Assembly: GCA_019828565.1 (NCBI GenBank)
Contig: JAHDYR010000015.1
Coordinates: forward strand, 423,605-487,604
Origin: Carpediemonas membranifera BICM
Taxonomy: Eukaryota; Protista; Fornicata
DNA: 64,000 bases
Direction: 5' to 3'
Each line of letters starts with the position of its first letter. The stretch's first letter is position 1. Shown piece by piece: positions 11,101 to 20,570 of the stretch. The position numbers and the translations under genes were made by a program. A model generated the notes under the pieces. That model did not search any database. It was not told the origin of the DNA and was given only the letters and a program-made list of their open reading frames with translations.

Positions 11101-11515
11101 TCTCGGAATCACGGATCCTGGAACGTCGGGCTCTGACGTAGTCCTTGACTGCGTCGGCGTAGTGAAAGCCATTGATGTCCTTAATGAGGAGAAGCTCATG
11201 ACGGAGCATTAGCTGAAGCTTGATCGTCTCGGTTGTCCAGCTCGGGTGGAGGACGATGTCCATGTAGAGCATCTGCAGCCATTCGGACTCGTTACGCATG
11301 GCTAGTGAGTCCGGGTGGCGCCACTCCAGCGACATTAAATCTCGAAGCGTCAATAACTCGCCTGTTAGTTCGTTGATGCGCTTCTGCGGATCTGGGATCT
11401 TCTCTGCTTCAGGCGTGCGGTCCCCGGTGTTGTTCTCGGTTTCTTCAGCCATCTGGCCGTAATTGATTCGATCCCGATTCGTTCGGCTCGAATAAATCGA
11501 ATCAGGCAGATCCAT
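8177..11515 (-). mobile_element. Y1: DIRS-order retrotransposon coding region (gag, RT/RNase H, methyltransferase-like, tyrosine recombinase)
   Basis: LDLHAGYHH...LPFGW...YLDD RT; SDAS RNase H; EWRTP...WGPLEVD...FAAPPY MT-like domain (ORF 9058-9678); R..K..HSFRRG..W..Y recombinase. A frameshift near 9720 swaps the overlapping frames. Termini not identified. Confidence 0.92.
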
Positions 11516-11892
11516 CGCCCATGCTCCATTATCTCACGCCGGAGCTGACGTCTCCGTCAGACGAGCTGACGAGTCGGCAGACTCTGTCTTAACCATCCGG
11601 GACTCGTCGCCGCCACGATCCCTGGCTCATTTTCTCTATCCATCCTTTGACTGGATCAAATTTGGCGCACATCATCTTGGATTCTTAAACCTCCCGACGG
11701 TTCCTCTGTATTCCACCCGTGCAGGTGGAGAGCTCGAAAAACGTGCCTAGAGGTCTCAACACCGCCTGGTTGCCGAGATACGGCACTTTTGATATTTTCT
11801 CTCCCCTTTGAGCGTATATCGCCGTAGTTTCGCTAGAATCCGTGCGTAACCTCTCTAAGGTATCTCCCTACACTATAAGGAACTCAATATCA

Positions 11893-14718
11893 TCACGTTT
11901 TACGATCAACCTCACTAAGGTCCGCGATCGTGCTGGAGCAAGCACTCCTCAATGCTGCTCCAGGCCTCAACGAGGCAACAGAAGTGCTGTAATCGAGGCG
12001 TAGGACGTCCTCGATATAGCGTATCAGTGATTTGGTATCCACCCAAGTGCCCTTCGCGGCCACGACGGGAATGGGTATGCCCGCAAGGACCAGGTCCGCC
12101 GCGCTGCCGCGGCGAAGGCCATGAAGCCTTGCCCTCGAGGAGCGAAGGATCTCCTTAATCTGGTCCTCAAGCTCCGAGAACGCAAAAGACCAGAGTGGGT
12201 CCTCCTCCCCAGCGTGGGCGTCCATCCGATTAACGACGACCTCGGAGAGCCAATGCGCAGGGTCCAGCTCGCCATCGACCCTTGGTACCAGCTTCTCTAT
12301 GACCTCACGCCGCGTCTTTGTGCCCTGTATTGCCACGCGCAGCCCTCGCCGACCATCAGTGGACACGTCCCTCATCCGCAAAGAGAATATTTCCATAGGC
12401 CGCGATGTGGTGGCGTAGATGGTGAGCGCGAAGGCGAACGCCTCTCTCCATAGGGCCTGCCGGCGGGCCTCCGGCGTGGAGGCGTGGAGTCTTGCAGCTA
12501 ACATCTGGGCCCTGATGGGCAGGGCTGGGCCCCTCGGTCGACCAAGCGCGTCTCTCGCCTGCTCGATAACCACCGCCGTGCCGTCCACGGGGATCTCCCA
12601 GGGGACAACCCGGTCGAAGAACCTCACTATTAGGTTCCACTTCGACATGATGGTGGGGCGAGCCACCCTCTCCGCCTGGTCGTGTGCCCACATTCGAACG
12701 AGCTCGGTGTCGCCACGGGCCTCGGTGTGGCTGTCGCGGAAGTCAGCGAACTGCTGCAAGACCCCGGCCACGTGTCTCTTGTCCTTGAATCTGGCTAGCA
12801 TGTCACTGCTGACGGCCTGGTCGAAGACCTGATGACCATGAAGAGGGCCATGAGCCTGAACGTCCCGTCCGACTGGAGCGGTGTGACCTCCGACAGGTCT
12901 GCCTCCTCCTTCCGAATCCTGAAGTAGAGCCGGTGCTCCGAGAGCTCTCTCAGTGCCATCGCTGTTGGAGAGCGGCTGTCCGACACAAGCAAGACCAGAG
13001 CATCCGGACATGCTGAGGGGGAGATGGGATGGTCCATCTGGAGGCGCTGCAACTTCGAATAGACCTCCAGCAGCAGGCTGAACGGGACTACTGCCAGCCA
13101 CCTGCCGACTGACCAGTCCTTGTCCATGAACTGTATGATCCCGGAGGCCTCTGTCGCGTCCTGCTTTGCTCCAAGCCACCCGGAGGGCCATATCTCTCTT
13201 TGAACCGGGCCCCACGTCGTGATTATGCGCTCGAGCATCCGTCTGGGTGGTGATAATGTCTCGGATCGAGATAAGGCGTCGGCAGTGACGTTGAGGTGAC
13301 CTGACACGTGCACGGCCCTGACCCTGATCTGTCGCCTGCTGAGCGTGGGCAGCAGGGCTCGGAGGGTCTGGTCCACCACCTCTGGCGCCTTTGTAGACCC
13401 CTGGTGGTTCCACCAGGCCACCGCCGCAACAGAATCCGAGAAGATAGTGATCTCGCTCGGGTCTCGAAGGTGTTGGAGAGTGAGCTCCACAGCCTGGCAG
13501 AGGGCTCGAAACTCTAGCAGGGTGATATGCTCCCCCTTCGGGGCCGAAACAGCGAAGGTGTGAGGGTCCTGGCCTGGGATCAGGAGGACTCCGCCGAGGC
13601 CGGCCTCCGAGGCGTCCGTCATCACCGTAACCTGAAGCTTCGGGGACATGCCCCACAAGTGGGTGAGCTCCAAGAAGCTGCGGACTGGGGAAGGGCGACT
13701 CAGGCGGGCTTGCCAATCGATGAGGGCCGCCTCTGCCTCGCCATGGACTCTCGTCCTGTATCGGGCCTTGATGTTGGCCAAGCAGCGTTGGATAGGTCTG
13801 ATGGCCGCCCGGCCCTCTGGCCAGACTATCGACGCAAAGCCCAGGTTCCCGAGGAGTCTCTGCAGGCTGTGGAAGGTGACGCCCTGCTGGAGAGCCTCCT
13901 CCACTCTGGACAGGTACTTGTGGCGCTTCTCCTCCTGAAGGGAGACTCCATGCTTCCTCGAGTCGAGCACGAAGCCAAGGAAAGTCGTCGTGGGCGATGG
14001 TGTCAACTGGGATTTCTCCCGGTTGATTACGAGGCCTAGGTCCGTAAGCAACCGAACTATCCCCGGCATCGACGACTCTAACAGGGCTTTCGGACCGCAG
14101 AAAAGCCAGTCGTCTAGGTATATCGTCAGGTTGATACCTGGGAAGGCACGCGCGACAATCTGTCCGGCGGTCATCATGACCCGTTGAAAGTGGTAGGGTG
14201 CCGCGCTCCATCCAAACGGCAGGACGTTGAAGCAGTAGGGGCGCCCGTCTACCACAAAGCCCAGGAGTGTCCGGTCCTGCGGTCGGATGCCCAGCTGATA
14301 GTACCCCTTCGTCAGGTCGATGCGCGTCATGTAGTCGTTCTCTCTCATCTGGCAGATGGCTTGCCTGACGCCTCGAAGCCGGAACGACCTTCTCTCGAGC
14401 GACACTGCATTGAGTGACCTCAGATCGTGAATGAGGCGCGTCTCTACAGGTGTCTTCGGCACGGTGAAGATTGGCGAGATGAGACTCGGTGCCCGGCACG
14501 GGCTGGCCGCTCCCAAGGCGAGCAGCGTCCTTAGATGATCTCGGAAGGCCTTTCGATCCCTCGGCCGCGGTGAAGGAAGGCTGGGGTGCCTCGGCCGCGC
14601 ACTCACCGAGATGGGGATACCCTCTCGTAGCCACGAGACCACCTCGGATGGCGCGTGTAAGCGCTCCCAAAGGGTCCAGCGGCTGTTGATGCACGGGAAG
14701 GGTCTCATCTTCGGGCAC
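11893..14718 (-). CDS. Y2 tyrosine recombinase ORF (overlaps the whole RT ORF)
   Basis: TSRPMEI...GTKT...HGLRRGS...GTW...RYI catalytic residues in the last ~250 aa. Confidence 0.88.
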   Translation of the reverse strand: MPEDETLPVHQQPLDPLGALTRAIRGGLVATRGYPHLGECAAEAPQPSFTAAEGSKGLPRSSKDAARLGSGQPVPGTESHLANLHRAEDTCRDAPHSRSEVTQCSVAREKVVPASRRQASHLPDERERLHDAHRPDEGVLSAGHPTAGPDTPGLCGRRAPLLLQRPAVWMERGTLPLSTGHDDRRTDCRACLPRYQPDDIPRRLAFLRSESPVRVVDAGDSSVAYGPRPRNQPGEIPVDTIAHDDFPWLRARLEEAWSLPSGGEAPQVPVQSGGGSPAGRHLPQPAETPREPGLCVDSLARGPGGHQTYPTLLGQHQGPIQDESPWRGRGGPHRLASPPESPFPSPQLLGAHPLVGHVPEASGYGDDGRLGGRPRRSPPDPRPGPSHLRCFGPEGGAYHPARVSSPLPGCGAHSPTPSRPERDHYLLGFCCGGGLVEPPGVYKGARGGGPDPPSPAAHAQQATDQGQGRARVRSPQRHCRRLISIRDIITTQTDARAHNHDVGPGSKRDMALRVAWSKAGRDRGLRDHTVHGQGLVSRQVAGSSPVQPAAGGLFEVAAPPDGPSHLPLSMSGCSGLACVGQPLSNSDGTERALGAPALLQDSEGGGRPVGGHTAPVGRDVQAHGPLHGHQVFDQAVSSDMLARFKDKRHVAGVLQQFADFRDSHTEARGDTELVRMWAHDQAERVARPTIMSKWNLIVRFFDRVVPWEIPVDGTAVVIEQARDALGRPRGPALPIRAQMLAARLHASTPEARRQALWREAFAFALTIYATTSRPMEIFSLRMRDVSTDGRRGLRVAIQGTKTRREVIEKLVPRVDGELDPAHWLSEVVVNRMDAHAGEEDPLWSFAFSELEDQIKEILRSSRARLHGLRRGSAADLVLAGIPIPVVAAKGTWVDTKSLIRYIEDVLRLDYSTSVASLRPGAALRSACSSTIADLSEVDRKT
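12795..14708 (-). CDS. Y2 RT / RNase H / methyltransferase-like protein
   Basis: IDLTKGYYQ, LPFGW, YLDD, MTDAS, HVSGHLNVTADALSR. Confidence 0.92.
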   Translation of the reverse strand: MRPFPCINSRWTLWERLHAPSEVVSWLREGIPISVSARPRHPSLPSPRPRDRKAFRDHLRTLLALGAASPCRAPSLISPIFTVPKTPVETRLIHDLRSLNAVSLERRSFRLRGVRQAICQMRENDYMTRIDLTKGYYQLGIRPQDRTLLGFVVDGRPYCFNVLPFGWSAAPYHFQRVMMTAGQIVARAFPGINLTIYLDDWLFCGPKALLESSMPGIVRLLTDLGLVINREKSQLTPSPTTTFLGFVLDSRKHGVSLQEEKRHKYLSRVEEALQQGVTFHSLQRLLGNLGFASIVWPEGRAAIRPIQRCLANIKARYRTRVHGEAEAALIDWQARLSRPSPVRSFLELTHLWGMSPKLQVTVMTDASEAGLGGVLLIPGQDPHTFAVSAPKGEHITLLEFRALCQAVELTLQHLRDPSEITIFSDSVAAVAWWNHQGSTKAPEVVDQTLRALLPTLSRRQIRVRAVHVSGHLNVTADALSRSETLSPPRRMLERIITTWGPVQREIWPSGWLGAKQDATEASGIIQFMDKDWSVGRWLAVVPFSLLLEVYSKLQRLQMDHPISPSACPDALVLLVSDSRSPTAMALRELSEHRLYFRIRKEEADLSEVTPLQSDGTFRLMALFMVIRSSTRPSAVTC

Positions 14719-14751
14719 TGGAGGGGGGGTTGGTGGATGGTGGGCTGAGGG

Positions 14752-14863
14752 TGGTCGTGAGGAGAGCGGTCGTGAGGAGGGTGACCGTGAGGAGGGTGAC
14801 CGTGAGGAGGGTGATCGTGAGGAGGGTGATCGTGAGGAGAGTGAACGTGATGATGATGATGAT
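14752..14863 (-). repeat. 15-bp tandem repeat (about 6-7 units) plus CAT triplet run
   Basis: Plus-strand units CGTGAGGAG(A/G)G(T/C)G(A/G)(T/C), then (GAT)n. Confidence 0.9.
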
Positions 14864-14872
14864 GGTTTGAAC

Positions 14873-15376
14873 TTATGAGCGGTTGTTGCCGGGGCGCTTC
14901 GGGCCCTGGCCGCCTCGCTTTCGAAAATCCTTGCCTGGCTTCTCCGTAAGGCGGGGGTTCTTCGAGAGCGTCCGGAGGACCAGGGTCTCGATCTCCGACT
15001 CGGTCATCTCTGGCTTCTCGGCCAGGGCGGCGCGACCGGCGGTGCTGACCGACTGGCCGGCGAGGTAACCGTAGCGATCCTTCACCCAGAGCACCCGGTG
15101 ACGGAGGTAGAGTCGGGCGAGGATGGCGAAACCGCTGAGGCGACGGAACTTGAATCCGCGGTACATCTCCTCAATAAACTCGGCCTCCTCCTTCATCGTG
15201 TTGGAAGCTGGCCGCTTCCAGTTGATGAGCGACTCGTCGGATAGCATCTTCACCATGGAGGAAAGGTTCGAAGTTGGTTGTGCGATCTTTGTGGTCTCTT
15301 CGAGTTGTTTCTTCAGTTGCTCGATTGCATCTTGCATCTCCTTGATCGTGACGGCGTTCTCAGATTCCTCAGGCAT
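14873..15376 (-). CDS. Y2 Gag-like ORF1
   Basis: Coiled-coil N-terminus; E..F/W and L.LRH..L..KD motifs shared with ORF1 of the other Y elements; basic tail. Confidence 0.75.
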   Translation of the reverse strand: MPEESENAVTIKEMQDAIEQLKKQLEETTKIAQPTSNLSSMVKMLSDESLINWKRPASNTMKEEAEFIEEMYRGFKFRRLSGFAILARLYLRHRVLWVKDRYGYLAGQSVSTAGRAALAEKPEMTESEIETLVLRTLSKNPRLTEKPGKDFRKRGGQGPKRPGNNRS

Positions 15377-15514
15377 TCTGATGACTTATTTCGCTTCTCC
15401 TTCGTTCTCTGGGTTCCTGATTTGATCTGGTCCTGATTTGGCCTCAATCTGATGCGAATCAGAATGCCTCGACCGCTCAGCCGAAGATTGTCCACTACGC
15501 TGGCCTTGCCAAAA

Positions 15515-15596
15515 GTGGGGATGGCCGAGTGGTCTAAGGCGCTGGTTTAAGGCACCAGTCTCTTCGGGGGCGTGGGTTCGAATCCCACTTCGCACA
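15515..15596 (+). tRNA. tRNA-Leu (AAG)
   Basis: 82-nt cloverleaf: D arm GCCGAGTGGTCTAAGGC, anticodon arm CTGGT-TTAAGGC-ACCAG, long variable arm, T arm GTGGG-TTCGAAT-CCCAC; one G:G mismatch in the acceptor stem. Confidence 0.92.
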
Positions 15597-16997
15597 TATG
15601 TTTATTGACGAATCGGTCAGCGCGCTAGACTAGGCTAGCCACCTAACTCATACTCCCAAAGGGGAACACCGTCCGCAGATCTGAGGTAAGTAGAGTAATT
15701 ACAGTGGAGTATGGCGGCTCCATGCCTGCCTCAAGTGCCAGCAGCTCCTTGCTGCTTTCGGCTGGACCGGGCGTCTCCTTGACGGCCTCCGGTGCGATGG
15801 TTTATGGTGTTAGAATGGGAACAGGGTGTTTGCAGTTTGTCGGGTTTGACGAGGGTGGTTGCGGATAGCCTCCCCGATGTAAGGCCGGAGAGAGTTGCCG
15901 TTAGCCCAGGTTCCGAGTTGGAGTAAGGTCTCTATCGGTGTGCCTGCTAGTGCCAGTTCGGAAGCCGCTCCCTTGCGGAAGCTGTGTAGGCCAATCCTGT
16001 TGTCGTGGAAGACTGTGCGTAGCTCCTCTCGCATACGTCGCATTGTGCACGGGGTCTTACGGCTGACCTTCGATGAGGATGTGATCGCGCGCCAGATGCA
16101 GGCGTCCGGTGGAAGGTTCAAGCCTCGTACCCATCTCTTCAGGGCCAGCGCTGGGTTGAATGGGCCTAGTAGGGTGTTGGGTAGTGACTTAGTGACCTTT
16201 GCAAGCGTCTTTGTGCGACCAAGGAGCAGCTGGGCGTCCCCGTTTGCCTTGAACACGATGTCAGCGCTCGTCAGGTTGAAGATTTCAGCTCCGCGGCTCA
16301 CGGTCAGGTAAGCAATCGCGGCGAATAGTGTCGCTTGGTACGTCGCGATGTCGCTGTTCCTGGACTTGATGGCCCTGATCATGTCCTCCCCTTGTGACTG
16401 GGGCTGACCCGCCTGTCATGCCGGTGGTGTTGGCGTTGTCTGCTATGCCTCTTCTGATTTGTGGACAGTAGGTGCTGGGGGTCCAGTCGGAAAAGAGTGG
16501 GGCGGCCTTCTCGATCCAGTATCCCTTTCGATCGACCGTGGCTGGTGCATTATACTCGGCCTCGTCCTCCAGGAAGGCTCGGTACTCATCGGTGTCGTCC
16601 TCGTGTGGGTCGCGGTACTCAAGGAATGCTGTAATCCATCCGGCTACTGAGCGCTTGGACTCGTCTCGGCGCATGTGAGACAGTATTGGGTGCTGCAGGA
16701 TTCTGGAGAACGTGTCCTGAAGGCGAGAGCTATGAAGCGGATGGTCCCGTTTGGCCTGGAGAGACGGTCTAGGAGTTTTTGGTCCTCTGATGCGAAGTCG
16801 TCTTTCGGTACTGAGAAGGGAATCTTGCATGTCGCGTGCGCCTTGAGTTGTTGGAGTTCGGGGCTCGTAATGTCTGGCACGACGAGGAAGCATGCTGAGG
16901 TCCACGAGTTCGGAGGGGATGTAGTCGGGGTCGTTAAGATCGGTAGGAGGGTCTGCCATGTCCGTCCCAAGGTCATCGGGGACGGGTGTGGCGCGGC

Positions 16998-19900
16998 TGT
17001 CACCGGTCTATAAACTGCTCCGTCCAGTTTTGACCACTTTTACCCCGCTGCGGTTTACTGTAAATGATTTCAACCGACAATACTAGTATTAGCTGTGCTG
17101 ATGTCGTTAACTGTTCAAATTCCTGAGCTTTCTCCTTCAAATCTAACACTAGAGACTCTTGAGGAGTTTGAGCGCCGAGCAACGATTTTTACTATACAAA
17201 ACCCAAGCATCCCACTGTCCGTCCTCATTGAGGAGTCATTTGCCCTCGAACTCAAGGCCGAAGGCATAGACACATCCGACAAGAACTACACTCTCAAGAA
17301 CTTCACCGAATGGTGTCGCCAGCGGCTCCTTCCCCACTCCATCCTAGCACTCGTCGAAGAGCTCCAAGACCTTCGTTTCCCCATGGTGCCGAGCACCGCA
17401 CGCAACTTCGAAGCTGGCACGAGACTACAAGCGGCAGCATTCCGCAAGCGCATCGAGCTCTACTCCAAGACGCCAGACCCAGAAGGGTTCTTGGACCCCA
17501 TCGACGACAACCCCAATGCCGACGAACTGCTCGCAAGCTTTGATAAGCTGGCTGCACGGCTCTTCAGGGAGTCCCTGAACCCGACAGCATTCCGCAAGAA
17601 GGCACAGACCTTGCTTGCTCTCCACAACGTCAAGACCTTCGAGGACACCGTAGCGGTGGCTCTTAGGGCTGCTAGGGCGTATGACCATGATCAACCCCTC
17701 TCGCAAACCCCGGCCGGCGGACCCAAGGCCCCGGCCCAGGCCAGGAAGGCCCAGTACCGCCCGGACGCGGCCAAGCGCCCGCCGGCCGACGGACCCAAGA
17801 AGCCGTCGCGCCCCTGTCGTTTCTGTGGCGGTCCCCACATGGACTTCAGATGCGATAAGCACCCCCGCTACAGCGAGAACAACAACGCCGACAGCGCGTC
17901 GACTAACGAGAAGGGCGGGAAGGGTCCACTGACGACCCCCGCTACTGTAAAAGGCAAAACTTACTCGTTCGTTGTAGACACTGGTGCAAGCCGAAGCTTC
18001 ATTAGTTCGAAGGCACTACGTACCCTACCCAAGGACACAGTGCAGACCTCTCTCGAGGAAAAGATCAAGGTCACGCTAGGAGACGGACGCTCCCTCGTGA
18101 CAGATCAAGCAGTCACATTTAAGGCAGCATTCCCAGCACTAGGTGTCACACCGTTGGAGGTTACATGGAAGTACTACGTACTCCCCGGTGAGTTCTTCAA
18201 GGCTCTCATCGGGTGTGACTTGCTGAGGTCACTCGCACTCATTGGCGATGGCACACTCAACCTTAACCTGCACAAGCTCTCCTCAATTGAGGAGGACGAG
18301 GACTGGCTGCCGTTCTACCATGAATATCTCACGGAGGACGCAAACATGGCGATAACCGACGACTACTGTGGTGTCCACGTCCCGGAGTCGAAGATCCGAC
18401 CCGAGATTCTCGAGATAATCAACTCATTTGACGATATCTTCGAGGAAGAACTACCCAAGGAAGGGTCTCGACTGGAACCCATGTCGATTGAACTGATAGA
18501 CGAGCGAGCAATGGTACAATGCCGCGCTCGCAGACTCGACCCAGTGACCCAAGGCCTGGTGTCGACAGAGCTAGAACAACTCAGGCGAGACGGGATAATC
18601 CAGGACTCGACTGGGCCGTACAGCTCGCCGATCGTAGTAGTCAGGCAGGGCCACAAAGGATCGACCAAGATCCGTCTTTGCATTGACTACAAGGAGTTAA
18701 ACTCCAAGACAGTGAGGGATAACTTCCCCCTGCCTAACACGCGCGAGTTTGTAGACCGAGCATCAGGCTGCAAATACTTTGCAGGCCTAGACCTCAGACA
18801 AGGCTACTACCAGATGCGGATGCACGAGGAAGATATCCCCAAAACCGCTTTTGTCACTCCAGACGCATACTGCGAGTTCACCAGATGTCCATTCGGCCTG
18901 ATGAACGCCCCGGCGAGATTCCAACGCGCCATGCAGAAGGCGTTCGCCGAGGTCCTCCACAAAGGGGTGGACATCTATCTTGACGACATCTTGATTTACG
19001 CCAAGACCGAGGCCCAGTTTCTCACCCTGATCAAAACCGTCTTCAGGATCTGTAGACATTATTCACTGCGCCTTAAAGGCCCGAAGTGCACGATAGGCTC
19101 AGCCCACGTCGAGGCCGTCGGGTATATTGTCTCGGAGAAGGGGAAACAACTTGCCCCAGAGAAGGTAGAGGCGGTAAACGCCATACCGCTCCCGTCCACC
19201 GCAAAGGAGCTTCAGAGGACACTGGGATCATTCAACTATGTCGCCCAGTTCGTCCCGGACTCATCACGAATCCTCAAACCTCTCAACGAGATGCTAACGG
19301 CACAGGAGAACTCAAAGAACATAACTTGGAACCCCAAACAAGAAGAGGCGTTTACAACGTTCAAGGAGAGACTCAGCTCAGACACAGTCCTCCATTTCCC
19401 CGACTTCTCAAAGAAGTGGACCCTCGAGACGGACGCGTCGAACGACGGACTAGGGGGCATTCTGTTCCAAGAAGACGACTCCGGCAACCGAGAGATCGTC
19501 TCGCTCTTCACAAAGTGTCATACGCCAACCCAGACTAGGTGGCCGACCTACGAACAAGAGCTTCATGCTATCATCTTTTGTCTCACGAGACCTGACATGG
19601 CTCAACTTTTCCGCCTCAAGGACAACATACAGATCCGCACCGACCACCAGAATCTGGTATATCTCATGCAGAGGAAGGAGCTTTCCAAGAAACTCCTCAG
19701 GTGGACGTCTGTCTTGTCGGACTACAACATTACGATCGAGCATATTGCTGGAGAGACAAACAAGATGGCAGACATGCTGTCGCGTATCCTTCCCCGAGGG
19801 GGACCTCGGGCCGCAGCTGAACCTGCTAGAGGCGGAGGACGCCGGCCCAGGGCTGACCCTTGAGTTGATCCAGGCTGCCCAGGCCATGGCACCTGAGTCA

Positions 19901-20570
19901 ACTCGAGTCGGCTGGGAGAAACTAGAGGGAGTATCCATCGAAAACTCGATCTACTTCAAGGACGGAGTGCCGATTATCCCCAAGGGAGAGACACGCGACA
20001 AGGCCCTTCGGACCGCTCACCAATTTCATACGGGAGCAAATTCAACGTTCCAAGCACTCGCCACGTCTGCATTTTGGCCGGGGATGCTCTTGGACGTCAA
20101 AAAGCACATCAAGACGTGCCCCATTTGTCTGAAGACTCGCATCAAGGACTACTTTATCGCCCAAAAGGGCCAGACAAGACGCACCAGACCATGGGAGACA
20201 GTGGAAGTCGACACAATTGGCCCTCTCCCAACGGATTCGCTGGGCGCTCGCTACATCATTGTGGCTGTAGACATGTTTACAAGATACACCGAGCTCGTCG
20301 CAGTCGCATCGATCGACGCCGAGACCTCCGCCAGGGCCCTATGGGACCACGTTTTCACGCGACACGGGATACCGGCGGAGATTCTGTCCGACGGCGGCCC
20401 GGAGTACGCGAACTCGATAGTTGAACAACTCACAACGTCATTGAAAGTCGCACACCACTTCACCATCCCGTTTCATCCACAGAGCAATGGTCTCGTGGAG
20501 AGAAGGAATGCGGAGATTGGAAGACACCTACGGTGGCTTGTCCTGGCAATAGCCTACAAAGACCAGTGGT
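16998..20570 (+). mobile_element. G2: 3'-truncated Ty3/gypsy element
   Basis: Probable 82-bp 5' LTR TGTC...GACA (16998-17079, no partner copy); gag-pol 17101-19863; integrase core to ~20570, then an abrupt junction with the Y3 RT. Confidence 0.9.
17101..20570 (+). CDS. G2 Gag-Pol (frameshift near 19800; truncated within integrase)
   Basis: CRFCGGPHMDFRC knuckle, VDTGAS protease, LDLRQGYYQ/YLDD RT, ETDAS RNase H, H..H..CPIC and DTIGP/SDGG integrase. Confidence 0.92.

Larger units (their letters stand above)
11893..15376 (-). mobile_element. Y2: DIRS-order retrotransposon coding region
   Basis: gag-like 14873-15376, RT/RH/MT-like 12795-14708, recombinase at the end of 11893-14718; termini not identified. 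Confidence 0.92.

Noticed and set aside
8177-11515. 1112-aa Gag-RT-recombinase fusion protein
   Set aside because: It arises from a single indel near 9720 that switches between the two overlapping frames; Y2 and Y4 keep them separate
11545-11615. Possible hammerhead ribozyme (CTGACGAG with a hairpin)
   Set aside because: No GAAA core or third stem in the required position
14752-14863. CRISPR-like array
   Set aside because: Contiguous 15-bp tandem units with no unique spacers, no cas genes, and a eukaryotic context
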